Assembly: GCA_036677065.1 (NCBI GenBank)
Contig: JAKFBS010000011.1
Coordinates: 32,001 to 96,000 of the forward strand
Direction of reading: 5' to 3'
Origin: Bdellovibrio sp.
GTDB lineage: Bacteria; Bdellovibrionota; Bdellovibrionia; Bdellovibrionales; Bdellovibrionaceae
Length of the DNA stretch: 64,000 nucleotides
In this document: positions 38,240 through 47,204 of the stretch, piece after piece
How the letters are laid out: the number at the start of each line of letters is the position of its first letter
Position numbering within the stretch: position 1 is the stretch's first letter
Notes under the pieces: model-generated
The model's database searches: none
The model's input: only the letters and a program-made list of their open reading frames with translations
Told to the model about the DNA's origin: nothing
Position numbers and translations under genes: made by a program

Positions 38240-39561
38240 AAGCGCGTTAAATAAACGTACTGGATACCGATTGAAGAATCAGCATAAGTATAATCTTCGA
38301 TCGTTGAATCATTGCGCGACAGACCTAAAAATCCATTGATCGTGGTGCGATCGCTTAAATCTTTTGAAATTGAATAAGTCAGCACGGCTAAATTATCGCG
38401 TCTGGCTAATTCAGATAAGTTATAATTAGTTAAACCGTAGCTGGCTTTAAAAACCGAATACGTGTTTTTAAAAGTCGGTCTTTCATAGCTTAGATTTGTG
38501 TAAACTTTGTAATAACTGGCATTATCACCATCGGCATCATTTAAAATAAAACCTAATTCTCCAGTTAGACTTTGCATCCGCCGCATTGAGTATTTTAAGG
38601 CTCCAGAAATGTCATATTTAATTGCCGTTTGATTATCTTCAGCATCAGTAAAAGTTAATTGCGATTGATCGCGGCCTATAATTAACTGGCCATCTAAATC
38701 TAAATCAGTAGTTAATTTCGAGCCCAGCGTTTGTTTAAAATACAAAAGTGTAATCGACATTTCGCGAATTTGTGAATCAGACGGTAACATGTACAAACCA
38801 ATATTTGCCGATGAGCTGCTGCGGTAGCCGTCAAAATTAGTTCTATAAGGAAGCGTCGCTAAAAACATCGTCGCATCAGCAGCCTGAATTTCTGGTGTTG
38901 ATTCTAATTTATGATTTAAAGTGCGGTTATCAGCAATGTACAACATCGGTTCAATAACAGAATTCTGATCTTGATAAAATTTATAAGCCATAAATCCGCT
39001 GGCATTCAAAGTGTGCCCAACAAGAACATCCTGCTGAGGTGCCACATTTAAAGCATTACTGTCATAACCATAACCGGCCGTAAAGCCCATGGTGTATTTT
39101 AATTTGTCAGATTCAATTTGATTTTGAATTTGCATGCATTTTTCGATTAATTTTTCAGCGCGTCTGTCTTGTTCGGGGTCTTTAGAGGTATCGATCGATA
39201 ATTCAAGACTGTTCACGGCTTTTTCGTAATCGCCTTTATAGTACTGACTCAGACCTAGATAATAATAAGCTAAAGATATTTCTTTAACACTGTTTGCGCG
39301 GGTGACTTCTGATAAATACTTTTCGGCTAAATCATAATTTTCAATACGATAATAATTTAAACCCAATAAGTAATAAATTCCCGGCGTTTGGCTTGGATCA
39401 CTTTTCAATTTTTGTAAGACGGCAATTGAAGATTCAAATTGTTCTTTTTTATAAAATTCATAGGCCTGTGCAAAGGCCGGTGGGAGCGACTCTAGGGCCT
39501 GAGTTTGCGCATACACAGAAAAACTTAAAAGACTCGATAAAAGAATAACGATATTTTTCAT
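38236..39561 (-). CDS. TPR + predicted outer-membrane beta-barrel protein
   Basis: Signal peptide; TPRs (YYLLGLNYY, AYYYLGLSQYYKGDYEKA); GYGYDSN; C-terminal IGIQYVYLTRF. Confidence 0.75.
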   Translation of the reverse strand: MKNIVILLSSLLSFSVYAQTQALESLPPAFAQAYEFYKKEQFESSIAVLQKLKSDPSQTPGIYYLLGLNYYRIENYDLAEKYLSEVTRANSVKEISLAYYYLGLSQYYKGDYEKAVNSLELSIDTSKDPEQDRRAEKLIEKCMQIQNQIESDKLKYTMGFTAGYGYDSNALNVAPQQDVLVGHTLNASGFMAYKFYQDQNSVIEPMLYIADNRTLNHKLESTPEIQAADATMFLATLPYRTNFDGYRSSSSANIGLYMLPSDSQIREMSITLLYFKQTLGSKLTTDLDLDGQLIIGRDQSQLTFTDAEDNQTAIKYDISGALKYSMRRMQSLTGELGFILNDADGDNASYYKVYTNLSYERPTFKNTYSVFKASYGLTNYNLSELARRDNLAVLTYSISKDLSDRTTINGFLGLSRNDSTIEDYTYADSSIGIQYVYLTRF

Positions 39562-39563
39562 AT

Positions 39564-40352
39564 TTAGCGCTCGATGATGATGTTAACATTTGCAGGTTTA
39601 TTAATAATATTTTTTGCAGAATCACCCAGTAAGTTATCATTGCGCTCTTGAATCGCGATAATCTGGCTTAAGTCATTTTTAGGAACAAAAACTTGTTGTG
39701 GATCAGTGCCCTTATCGTCTTTTCTTACGGCTGTATCACCTTCGATACGTTTTAATTCTGACGGGCTGACTTTGACCGGTGAACCAGGCTGTTTGCCATC
39801 GATATTTTCTGAAGTCTCACCACGTTTAACTAACACAGCCTCAGTTAATTTATTTGATAAAGTATCTAAACCACGAAAAATAACTTCACCACGAAATGTA
39901 GTTACACCAGTGATATTATTTGATTTACGATAACTGGTCATAAACTGGGTTCCGCGCACACCGACGACAGCAGAAGGCGTTTTAATTTCAAATCTATTTT
40001 CATTAGTATCATATTTTTGTTCGACGTTAGTGCGCACTTTGCCTTCGAATAAACTTAACCGCACATTTTTTTCTTTAGTGTCATTAATATACTGATCAAT
40101 GCGCAGCTTCGTTTCTGGTAACACGTTAATAATATTGCGATCACTCATGACAATTTTAGCGCGCGAATCTTTGCCGGTAATGATGGTATCTTGGGGGTAC
40201 ACTTTGCTTCCCACTTTTACACCCATTGGCTGAGATTTCATTTTAGCAACTTGCACTTGGCCTTTGACGATCATTAACAGACCGTAAGTTTCCTCAGCTA
40301 AAGCCTGGGAAAAACCGCCTAAAACCAACAAAATCGGGATTAATATTTTCAT
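39564..40352 (-). CDS. Secreted FecR-domain protein
   Basis: Signal peptide; DTIITGKDSRAKI..FEIKTPSAVVGVRGTQF. Confidence 0.87.
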   Translation of the reverse strand: MKILIPILLVLGGFSQALAEETYGLLMIVKGQVQVAKMKSQPMGVKVGSKVYPQDTIITGKDSRAKIVMSDRNIINVLPETKLRIDQYINDTKEKNVRLSLFEGKVRTNVEQKYDTNENRFEIKTPSAVVGVRGTQFMTSYRKSNNITGVTTFRGEVIFRGLDTLSNKLTEAVLVKRGETSENIDGKQPGSPVKVSPSELKRIEGDTAVRKDDKGTDPQQVFVPKNDLSQIIAIQERNDNLLGDSAKNIINKPANVNIIIER

Positions 40353-40429
40353 AGCAAATATTATCTCTGTAACTCAGACAAAAGTTTACTAGACCATCAT
40401 CCAGAATTCACTCTGGCAAACGCCTAGCC

Positions 40430-40457
40430 TCAAATACGAGCCCCCGTAAACCGATAA
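40430..40457 (+). promoter_or_regulatory. Candidate sigma-28 promoter (leaderless) of the PilZ-like gene
   Basis: TCAAATAC-N12-ACCGATAA, ending 7 nt before ATG 40465; no SD. Confidence 0.5.
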
Positions 40458-40464
40458 TAATCAC

Positions 40465-41301
40465 ATGTCGACTACGGGTAAAACTTGGGTACTACTTGAT
40501 GGTATCACTAAAATTCAATCGCAACCGCTGCAAACCGAGCAGTTGCAATTAGCCATTCTTAAATTGAGTGAGCGCGATTGGACAAGATTTTACGTGTGGA
40601 CGCAAGGTTGGCAAAATTGGCAACTGTTAAAAGATTTTTTAAACAGCGATCAAAAAGATTTTGCTTTGGCAGGCGCGCCAGCTTCTGAAGAAAATGTGAA
40701 AGCACATATTCATGCACAAATAGCCAGTCGCAAAAAAGTAGCGATTCAACCGCAACAGCAAGAAGACACTGTGACTAAAACGGCCCATTATCCCCAGCAA
40801 AAACAAGCTGGTGGTAAAGCTATGACCATGGTGAGTTCATCTGAAGAGACGATCGTTCCTGAAAGCATGGAAAAAGATTACAACGGTGATACCATTGATG
40901 AAAGTGCTTATCACAAACCACCACAGCCATTAGATTTTAAAGAAATCAGCGAAGCTTATAAAAACCGTGCTGAACGTCATGAATTAAAAATTGAAATTTT
41001 ATTAATTTCACAAAAAGGTAAAACTTTTAAAAGTTATTCTCGAAATATTTCTCTGACAGGAAGTCTTTTAGAAGATAACATCCCTTTTGATTTTTACGGC
41101 GTGCAATTTGATATGGTCGTTGTGAATCGCAATTCACTAAACCCACAGAATGGCCGTGTGCAAATGCGCGCTGAAACTGTTGGTGATGGCCTCACTCAGC
41201 GTGTACGCTTTGTGGCTCCGTCAGAGAAGCACAAACAACGTCTAATGAATTTGCTGAATGATTATCTTACTCAGCAAGCTAAACTACGAAAATCTGGCTA
41301 A
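40465..41301 (+). CDS. PilZ-domain protein with GYF_2-like N-terminal domain
   Basis: VWTQGWQNWQ N-domain; NRAERH..NISLTG (NxSxxG) PilZ signature. Confidence 0.7.
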   Translation: MSTTGKTWVLLDGITKIQSQPLQTEQLQLAILKLSERDWTRFYVWTQGWQNWQLLKDFLNSDQKDFALAGAPASEENVKAHIHAQIASRKKVAIQPQQQEDTVTKTAHYPQQKQAGGKAMTMVSSSEETIVPESMEKDYNGDTIDESAYHKPPQPLDFKEISEAYKNRAERHELKIEILLISQKGKTFKSYSRNISLTGSLLEDNIPFDFYGVQFDMVVVNRNSLNPQNGRVQMRAETVGDGLTQRVRFVAPSEKHKQRLMNLLNDYLTQQAKLRKSG

Positions 41302-41369
41302 ATTTGTTACCTAGAGATAACGATAGACTCTAACCCCGTTGCTACGGTAAATGTGCGCATGAGGTGTCT

Positions 41370-42311
41370 ATGAAAATGTTTCTGGGATTTTTATTCGTTA
41401 TTTTAAACGCAACATTTTCCTACTCTGCCGATTTGGCGCAATCTCAATACGCTACTGTCGCTAAAATTCTGGCTACTCCCGTTAAAGGGCTTAGTGCTCC
41501 TGGTGGTATTGGCACTGGTGTTCTGATTGAAAAGACTCAAGGCTTTGTGCTTACGAATATCCACGTCATCGTTACGTGCTTTGATGCCCTTGGCGAAACC
41601 AACCCATGGCACCCCTCTAATGCAGTCATTGGCAAAACCTGTCCGCAAACAACACTAGAAATTATTTTTCCTAATGCTGACGGCCTAACCAGTACAGGAA
41701 CCGCTAAAATTTTAGCGATTGGAAATCCGGCTCACGCCGGGGCTAATAGCCTTCTGAATGATTGGGTGATTCTACAAATTGATCCAACCATAGTTAAAAA
41801 TATTCCCGCTCTTAAAGCTTTTTCGCGCGAATTAATCCCCGGCGAAAGCATTCATTTTACAGGATTTCCTGCAGCCCCTGTCGGAGAAAAATTAGCAAAC
41901 ACACCAGGATTTTATTCAAGCGCAGGTCAAATTTTATCTTCGTCTTATGCCTCTGAAATATCGAAATCTATTTATGAATCCCTTAATTTATCAGCGGCTA
42001 ATTTTAATTCTTTAAGAGACTTCACTTTGAATAATTTATTTAATAACACGAGTGTTTTCTTTCACGATGCTCTGATTATTGGTGGCTACAGTGGCAGTCC
42101 CGTTTTTGATCAGTCCGATATTATGGTGGGAATAGTTTTTGGCAATGCAAGTGCTTGGGATTATAATTTTGGCGAATACCCTGCAGCACTTGGGGCTGAT
42201 GCCAGTAATCCATCTAAACCCGCAAACAAACTTTCAGCTGGAGTTCTTTTAAAATCCATTTGTGAAAATTTATCTGTGGATATTAAATCGAAAATTAATT
42301 TTTGCTATTAA
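41370..42311 (+). CDS. Secreted trypsin-like serine protease
   Basis: GTGVLI..VLTNIHV (His), NDWVIL (Asp), GGYSGSPVF (Ser); signal peptide. Confidence 0.85.
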   Translation: MKMFLGFLFVILNATFSYSADLAQSQYATVAKILATPVKGLSAPGGIGTGVLIEKTQGFVLTNIHVIVTCFDALGETNPWHPSNAVIGKTCPQTTLEIIFPNADGLTSTGTAKILAIGNPAHAGANSLLNDWVILQIDPTIVKNIPALKAFSRELIPGESIHFTGFPAAPVGEKLANTPGFYSSAGQILSSSYASEISKSIYESLNLSAANFNSLRDFTLNNLFNNTSVFFHDALIIGGYSGSPVFDQSDIMVGIVFGNASAWDYNFGEYPAALGADASNPSKPANKLSAGVLLKSICENLSVDIKSKINFCY

Positions 42312-42792
42312 GAATTTCTTTGATACGAACTTTTAGTTTTTCGATATCAAAAGGTTTTTTGATGTAATCGTCGGCGCCAACTTCGCGGCCTTTTTGTAAA
42401 TCTTCTTCTTCAGCCGATGCTGATAAGAAAATTAATGGAATATGTTTTAGTTCGCGGTGCTCTTTAAGCATTTGCGCTAATTCAAAACCGTTCACCCAAG
42501 GTAAACCCACATCCATAATGATAAAATGCACTTCGATGTCTTCGTCTAATAGCGCCGTCAATTGCGCAGCATCAGCTGCCAATTTTACTTGGTAGCCATC
42601 TGATTCTAAAATTCTTTTTAATGAAGTACGTTGAGTTTCTTCATCCTCGATCACTAAGATCGTTGTCGGATGAAGTTTGTTTGAAGCATCACGAAACTGA
42701 TCTAGGGCCACGACTTCCTGACCAGCAATACGTTGCTTAGTCAGTTTTTCGATTTTGCGGATTAAATCAGAGGTGCTTAATTTTTTAGTCAT
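42295..42792 (-). CDS. Response regulator (REC) with N-terminal extension
   Basis: ILVIEDE, IMDVGLPWVNG, DYIKKPF. Confidence 0.9.
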   Translation of the reverse strand: MTKKLSTSDLIRKIEKLTKQRIAGQEVVALDQFRDASNKLHPTTILVIEDEETQRTSLKRILESDGYQVKLAADAAQLTALLDEDIEVHFIIMDVGLPWVNGFELAQMLKEHRELKHIPLIFLSASAEEEDLQKGREVGADDYIKKPFDIEKLKVRIKEILNSKN

Positions 42793-42808
42793 GTGCTTCC
42801 TTAGAGTC

Positions 42809-43750
42809 CTATACGTGCTGTGCTTCTAACCATCTTTCGCAATCAATTGCTGCCATACAACCTGTACCGGCTGCAGTAATTGCTTGGCGGTATACAGAAT
42901 CCTGCACATCGCCTGCGGCAAACACACCCTCAATATTCGTGTATGTTGTGCCTGGTTTTGTCTTGATATATCCCACATCATTTAGCTCTAGCAGTCCATT
43001 AAAAAGCTTCGTATTAGGCTGATGTCCAATAGCTACGAACAGGCCTTGCAGGTTCTTAGTCGTAACATCGGCCGTCTTAGTTGATTTTAGACGAAGTCCA
43101 GTCACAGATTTACCGTCACCGATCACTTCTTCAACGACAGTGTTCATAATAAATTCAATTTTAGGATTAGCTTTTGCGCGATCTAACATAATTTTAGAAG
43201 CTTTGAAATTTTCACTTCTGTGAATCACATAAACTTTAGTCGCAAAACGAGTTAAGAAATTAGCTTCTTCCATCGCCGTATCACCGCCACCTACAACAGC
43301 GACTTCAACGTTTTTGAAAAATGCCCCGTCACAAGTTGCGCAAGCTGATACGCCGCGGTTCATGTATTGTTTTTCACTTGGTAAACCAATGTATTTCGCA
43401 CTGGCACCCGTAGAAATAATAATAGAATTTGTTAAGTGCACATCGTTACCAACATGAACTTTAAATGGTTTAGCTGAACAATCTACTTTAGTGACGTTAC
43501 GAGTGATGTAGCGAGTTCCAAAACGCTCCGCTTGTTTGCGCATAACTGCAACTAGTTCAGGGCCAGTTACACCATGAGCAAAACCGGGAAAGTTTTCAAC
43601 TTCAGTTGTAATCATTAGCTGACCACCGGCTTCTTCGCCTTCGATCATTAAAGGATTTAGATTTGCACGAGCCGTATAAACCGCTGCTGTTAAGCCTGCT
43701 GGACCCGAACCGATGATAATTACATTTTCAATTTTTTGCGCTTCTGACAT
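42809..43750 (-). CDS. trxB: Thioredoxin-disulfide reductase
   Basis: GSGPAG, CATCDG, GGGDTA, RQAITAAGTG. Confidence 0.97.
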   Translation of the reverse strand: MSEAQKIENVIIIGSGPAGLTAAVYTARANLNPLMIEGEEAGGQLMITTEVENFPGFAHGVTGPELVAVMRKQAERFGTRYITRNVTKVDCSAKPFKVHVGNDVHLTNSIIISTGASAKYIGLPSEKQYMNRGVSACATCDGAFFKNVEVAVVGGGDTAMEEANFLTRFATKVYVIHRSENFKASKIMLDRAKANPKIEFIMNTVVEEVIGDGKSVTGLRLKSTKTADVTTKNLQGLFVAIGHQPNTKLFNGLLELNDVGYIKTKPGTTYTNIEGVFAAGDVQDSVYRQAITAAGTGCMAAIDCERWLEAQHV

Positions 43751-43831
43751 ATAAACTCCACTCAAATATTCACTCAAGATGGTAAAGTTTATCGAATCTA
43801 ATTGATAGACAAAAGAGATAACGCCTATTGG

Positions 43832-44455
43832 TTAATTTAAAGAATCGATCAGCTGCAAAGCTACATTTTCAGCAGACTTAGCTAAGCCCTGCTGACGAGG
43901 CCAGCTCAATGCAGGTAGCATGTCAGTTTCGATGTAACCGGGCGAAAATAAGTCGATTTTGAACTCAGTTTTGTTTTCTACCTGCAAAGTCGTAACTAAA
44001 CCTTTTAAGGCATGTTTTGCTGCACAATAGCTAGCCGCCCCTGGATCTGGTTTGTTTTCGGCAATCGCCGAACCCACGACCACAAACTTTTTCAAACTTG
44101 CAGGAGTTGTTTGCATCAACGAATGTAAAAGCTGCGCCGGAAATAAAAAACTCACATTCAGCGCCCACTGATGGTCGGCCCATTTTTTATCTTGAAAATT
44201 ACCGTAAGGACCACCAGCGGCAAAATAAATAATGGTCGTTGGTTTAAAATCAGAAATCTGGGTTAAAAATTCAGTCGTTAAGTCTTTGGCGAAATCATAT
44301 TTAAACGATTGGTAATTACCTTCAGCAATTTTACGCGAAACTAATAAAAATTCTGCAGCCGGATATTTTTTAGCTAACGCCTGATAGGTCGCATGGCCTA
44401 GCCCGCGGCTAGCACCCAGCAAAATAAATTTGTGCGCGGAACGATCTTCATTCAT
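43832..44455 (-). CDS. Short-chain dehydrogenase/reductase
   Basis: GASRGLG, YCAAK, SPGYIETDM; start placed at 44455. Confidence 0.85.
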   Translation of the reverse strand: MNEDRSAHKFILLGASRGLGHATYQALAKKYPAAEFLLVSRKIAEGNYQSFKYDFAKDLTTEFLTQISDFKPTTIIYFAAGGPYGNFQDKKWADHQWALNVSFLFPAQLLHSLMQTTPASLKKFVVVGSAIAENKPDPGAASYCAAKHALKGLVTTLQVENKTEFKIDLFSPGYIETDMLPALSWPRQQGLAKSAENVALQLIDSLN

Positions 44456-44466
44456 ACTTTTCTTAT

Positions 44467-44742
44467 ATGCCAACTCTATCGATTCCACAAAAGAATTTGG
44501 AAATCTCTGTTGCCGACGGGAAAAACCTCATGGATGCGCTGATCGAAGCAGGTTTACCAGTAGCCTCAAGCTGCCACGGCGATGGCATTTGTTCAAAATG
44601 CGCCGTTTTAATGACTCCGCAAGGAACCCGCTCTGAACTAGAAATCAAAACTGCCCAGCGCAATAAATTACCAGACATCATGCGTTTAAGTTGCCAGGTT
44701 TTTGTCGATAAAGACTTAACAGTAGCCACAACTTACTGGTAA
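44467..44742 (+). CDS. 2Fe-2S ferredoxin
   Basis: CHGDGICSKC...RLSCQ. Confidence 0.9.
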   Translation: MPTLSIPQKNLEISVADGKNLMDALIEAGLPVASSCHGDGICSKCAVLMTPQGTRSELEIKTAQRNKLPDIMRLSCQVFVDKDLTVATTYW

Positions 44743-44752
44743 ACAATTTCGC

Positions 44753-45373
44753 ATGAACAAATTATCGTTAAATGTAAAAGACCTCGAGCAGTTACTGCCG
44801 ATCATGAAGAAAAATTCGTTGGCCACAGTGATTGCCCATGCTGATAACCAGCTTGTGACCTGCCCGTTGCCATTAGTGTCTGAATTTAAAAATAACAAGC
44901 TGACTATTTACGGACACCTATCAACACGCAACCCCTTAGCAAAACATTTAAAAATCGCCTCTGAAATTACCATTTTATTTCATGGCCCGAATACTTATAT
45001 CAACTCAAGTTGGTATGAAGTCGATGACGTTTCAACATGGAATTATATCACCGTACAAGCTTCGGGAAAGCCAGCAACTCACGAAGATTACGCTTCACTC
45101 ATTGATATCTTAAAAAAGACTACTGCTTTAGCGAATGAAAACTATGCCGATCAATGGGATTTTAATATTCCGTCAGATTTACAGAACGAAAGTGAATTAG
45201 AAGCAGCCATCATGGGATTTTCTTTAACGCCGACAAATATTTCTGGTCGCTTTAAATTAAGCCAATCAAAATCTGCAGCTGATCAACGCAACATTATTGC
45301 TGAATTAGAAAACCGAACCGATTCAGCTAGCCACCAAATCGGCGAATTCATGACGAAAAACTTTAAAGACTAA
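44753..45373 (+). CDS. FMN-binding PaiB-family protein
   Basis: GHLSTRNP, FHGPNTYINSSWY, TWNY, FKLSQ. Confidence 0.85.
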   Translation: MNKLSLNVKDLEQLLPIMKKNSLATVIAHADNQLVTCPLPLVSEFKNNKLTIYGHLSTRNPLAKHLKIASEITILFHGPNTYINSSWYEVDDVSTWNYITVQASGKPATHEDYASLIDILKKTTALANENYADQWDFNIPSDLQNESELEAAIMGFSLTPTNISGRFKLSQSKSAADQRNIIAELENRTDSASHQIGEFMTKNFKD

Positions 45374-45437
45374 TTTTCGGTCTTAAGCCGGAAGTTTACC
45401 GTCGTCAGGGCGCGACATAATATTCTTACTCAGGTTT

Positions 45438-45803
45438 CTATTGAATAGCGCATTCAAAACCGATGATGTTTCCAATTGGGTCTTGAATTTGTACAATGGT
45501 TCTTTGAATTTCAGAAACCACAAGCAGTCCTCGATAGACTTTGCCACCAAGAGATTCTGCTTTTTTAACTAAAGCATCCAAATCATCAACCAGCCAATAT
45601 CCTACTGAGCCACCCGTTGACAGAGGGTTTTTCAGATCGGGCACAGTAATATCAAAACAAGTTTGTCCAATTTTAAAAGAAACAAAATTTTCTGAATCTT
45701 CCAGAGGTTCTAAACCCAAAAAATCTTTATACCAATCACGGCTCTTCTGCACATCATCTGAAAAAATACGAATAGTCGAAAATTCTTTAATTTGAAAACT
45801 CAT
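45438..45803 (-). CDS. VOC/glyoxalase family protein
   Basis: SRDWYKDFLG, VDDLD, QDPIGNII. Confidence 0.85.
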   Translation of the reverse strand: MSFQIKEFSTIRIFSDDVQKSRDWYKDFLGLEPLEDSENFVSFKIGQTCFDITVPDLKNPLSTGGSVGYWLVDDLDALVKKAESLGGKVYRGLLVVSEIQRTIVQIQDPIGNIIGFECAIQ

Positions 45804-45811
45804 AATAATTC

Positions 45812-46369
45812 CTATTTTGTATTACGAAACTTTAACCAGTCTTCTTTTTTTAGTTCCCAAACTTCATGTTCTGTCAGTTTGGGATCAACAAATTTAGCAG
45901 GCTCTACCCTAATAAGGCGGCAACCAGTTTTTTCTTTCACACGACGAGAAGCAGTATTTCCTACGGCATTGGCAAAACACAAAACAGAAAATCCTAATTC
46001 GTTAAATGCATAATCCATAACTGGCTCTACAGCTTCAGTCATGATGCCTTTTCCCCAGTATTTTCGACTTAACCAGAAGCCACGATTTTCAGGTTTACCT
46101 TTTCGCCAAAGATCCACACAACCGATAAGTTCATTCGGATTTTCTTTTAAAAAAACTCCCCAAACCCAACGGTCTTTTCCCTAATTGGGTATAACAAGAT
46201 TTTTTAGAAAACTTAAAGCACCGTCATCCGGATACGGCCACGGCACGAAGTGAGATAAATGACGAATTACTTCATAATCGTGAAAATGCTTTTGCCAATG
46301 TGAAGCATGAGCTTCTACGGCTTCGCGAAGAATTAATCTTTTGGTTTCTAGAGTAGGCAGTGTGCTCAT
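45812..46369 (-). pseudogene. RimJ/RimL-type GNAT acetyltransferase interrupted by an in-frame TAG
   Basis: LETKRLILR..VPWPYP..VIPN*GKDRWVW..GFWL..YWGKGIMTEA..NTASRRVKEK, all in one frame; TAG at 46181-46183. Confidence 0.85.
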
Positions 46370-46433
46370 AAATGTAAGCATATTGCCGCACGCTGACGAC
46401 AGTCAACATCCGGCACAAGAGTGCAAAGCAGAA

Positions 46434-47180
46434 TTAATCTTTAATTAAACGGACGTAATTAATTTCGACACCTTGCTTAGTAAAGATTTTTTCAAATCCT
46501 GTGGCAAAGTTTTCGTCTTTGTACTTATTATTTTCGCTGTACAAATTCAAAGTTTGAAATTCAATACGGTATTTAGAAGCTTTGATTTCTTCTAAAGCCC
46601 ATAAGAAATACTCTCTAGAATCTGTTTTGAAATCTAAAAAATTACCCGGGCGTTGCATATCAAAAAGCCAGTCTAAGATAATGCGATTTACCACGCGATT
46701 TTTTGGTTTGTGCGGTGATGTCCATGGATCAGGAAAATGAATAAATACGTTATTCACTTCGTTTTTTTCGAATAATAAATCTAAATTAAACGCGTGGTAT
46801 CGGCAGATGGCTGCGTTTTTGTTTCCGCCCATGCGAGCACGGCGAATTGATTGAATTAACGGTTTATATTTTAATTCTAAGCCCACAAGCAGACGTTCTG
46901 GATAACGAGTCACCCAGTGTGCGAAGTGATGGCCTGCGCCTGTACCGATTTCAACATCCATCGGGTGCTGGTCATCGACTTTAAAAATTTGGCTGCGCCA
47001 TTTGCCTTTGTTTTCTGGAGAACGCTCTTCGTTGAACGCGAAATCTTTGTACTCATTATCCAACGCCAGCGAATACTCGGTGGGTTTTGGTAAGGTGCGA
47101 GTTAAATTAATGATCGGGCGTTTAAGCACTTTGACGTGTTTAAAGTAATCGACTTTATCAAATTTTTCGGTTTGTTCCAT
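46434..47180 (-). CDS. trmB: tRNA (guanine-N7)-methyltransferase
   Basis: VEIGTGAG, GLE, HFPDPW, FKTD, TGFE. Confidence 0.9.
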   Translation of the reverse strand: MEQTEKFDKVDYFKHVKVLKRPIINLTRTLPKPTEYSLALDNEYKDFAFNEERSPENKGKWRSQIFKVDDQHPMDVEIGTGAGHHFAHWVTRYPERLLVGLELKYKPLIQSIRRARMGGNKNAAICRYHAFNLDLLFEKNEVNNVFIHFPDPWTSPHKPKNRVVNRIILDWLFDMQRPGNFLDFKTDSREYFLWALEEIKASKYRIEFQTLNLYSENNKYKDENFATGFEKIFTKQGVEINYVRLIKD

Positions 47181-47204
47181 AGACAGCCTTATCGCATAAG
47201 CGAC

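Noticed and set aside
30600..40352. Classical FecIRA iron-signalling locus
   Set aside because: No ECF sigma or TonB-dependent receptor in the cluster, and the FecR proteins lack the cytoplasmic anti-sigma domain.
46181..46183. Genome-wide amber recoding
   Set aside because: Many intact genes end in TAG at their expected C-termini (both flagellins, aceE, trxB, oppA, dksA).
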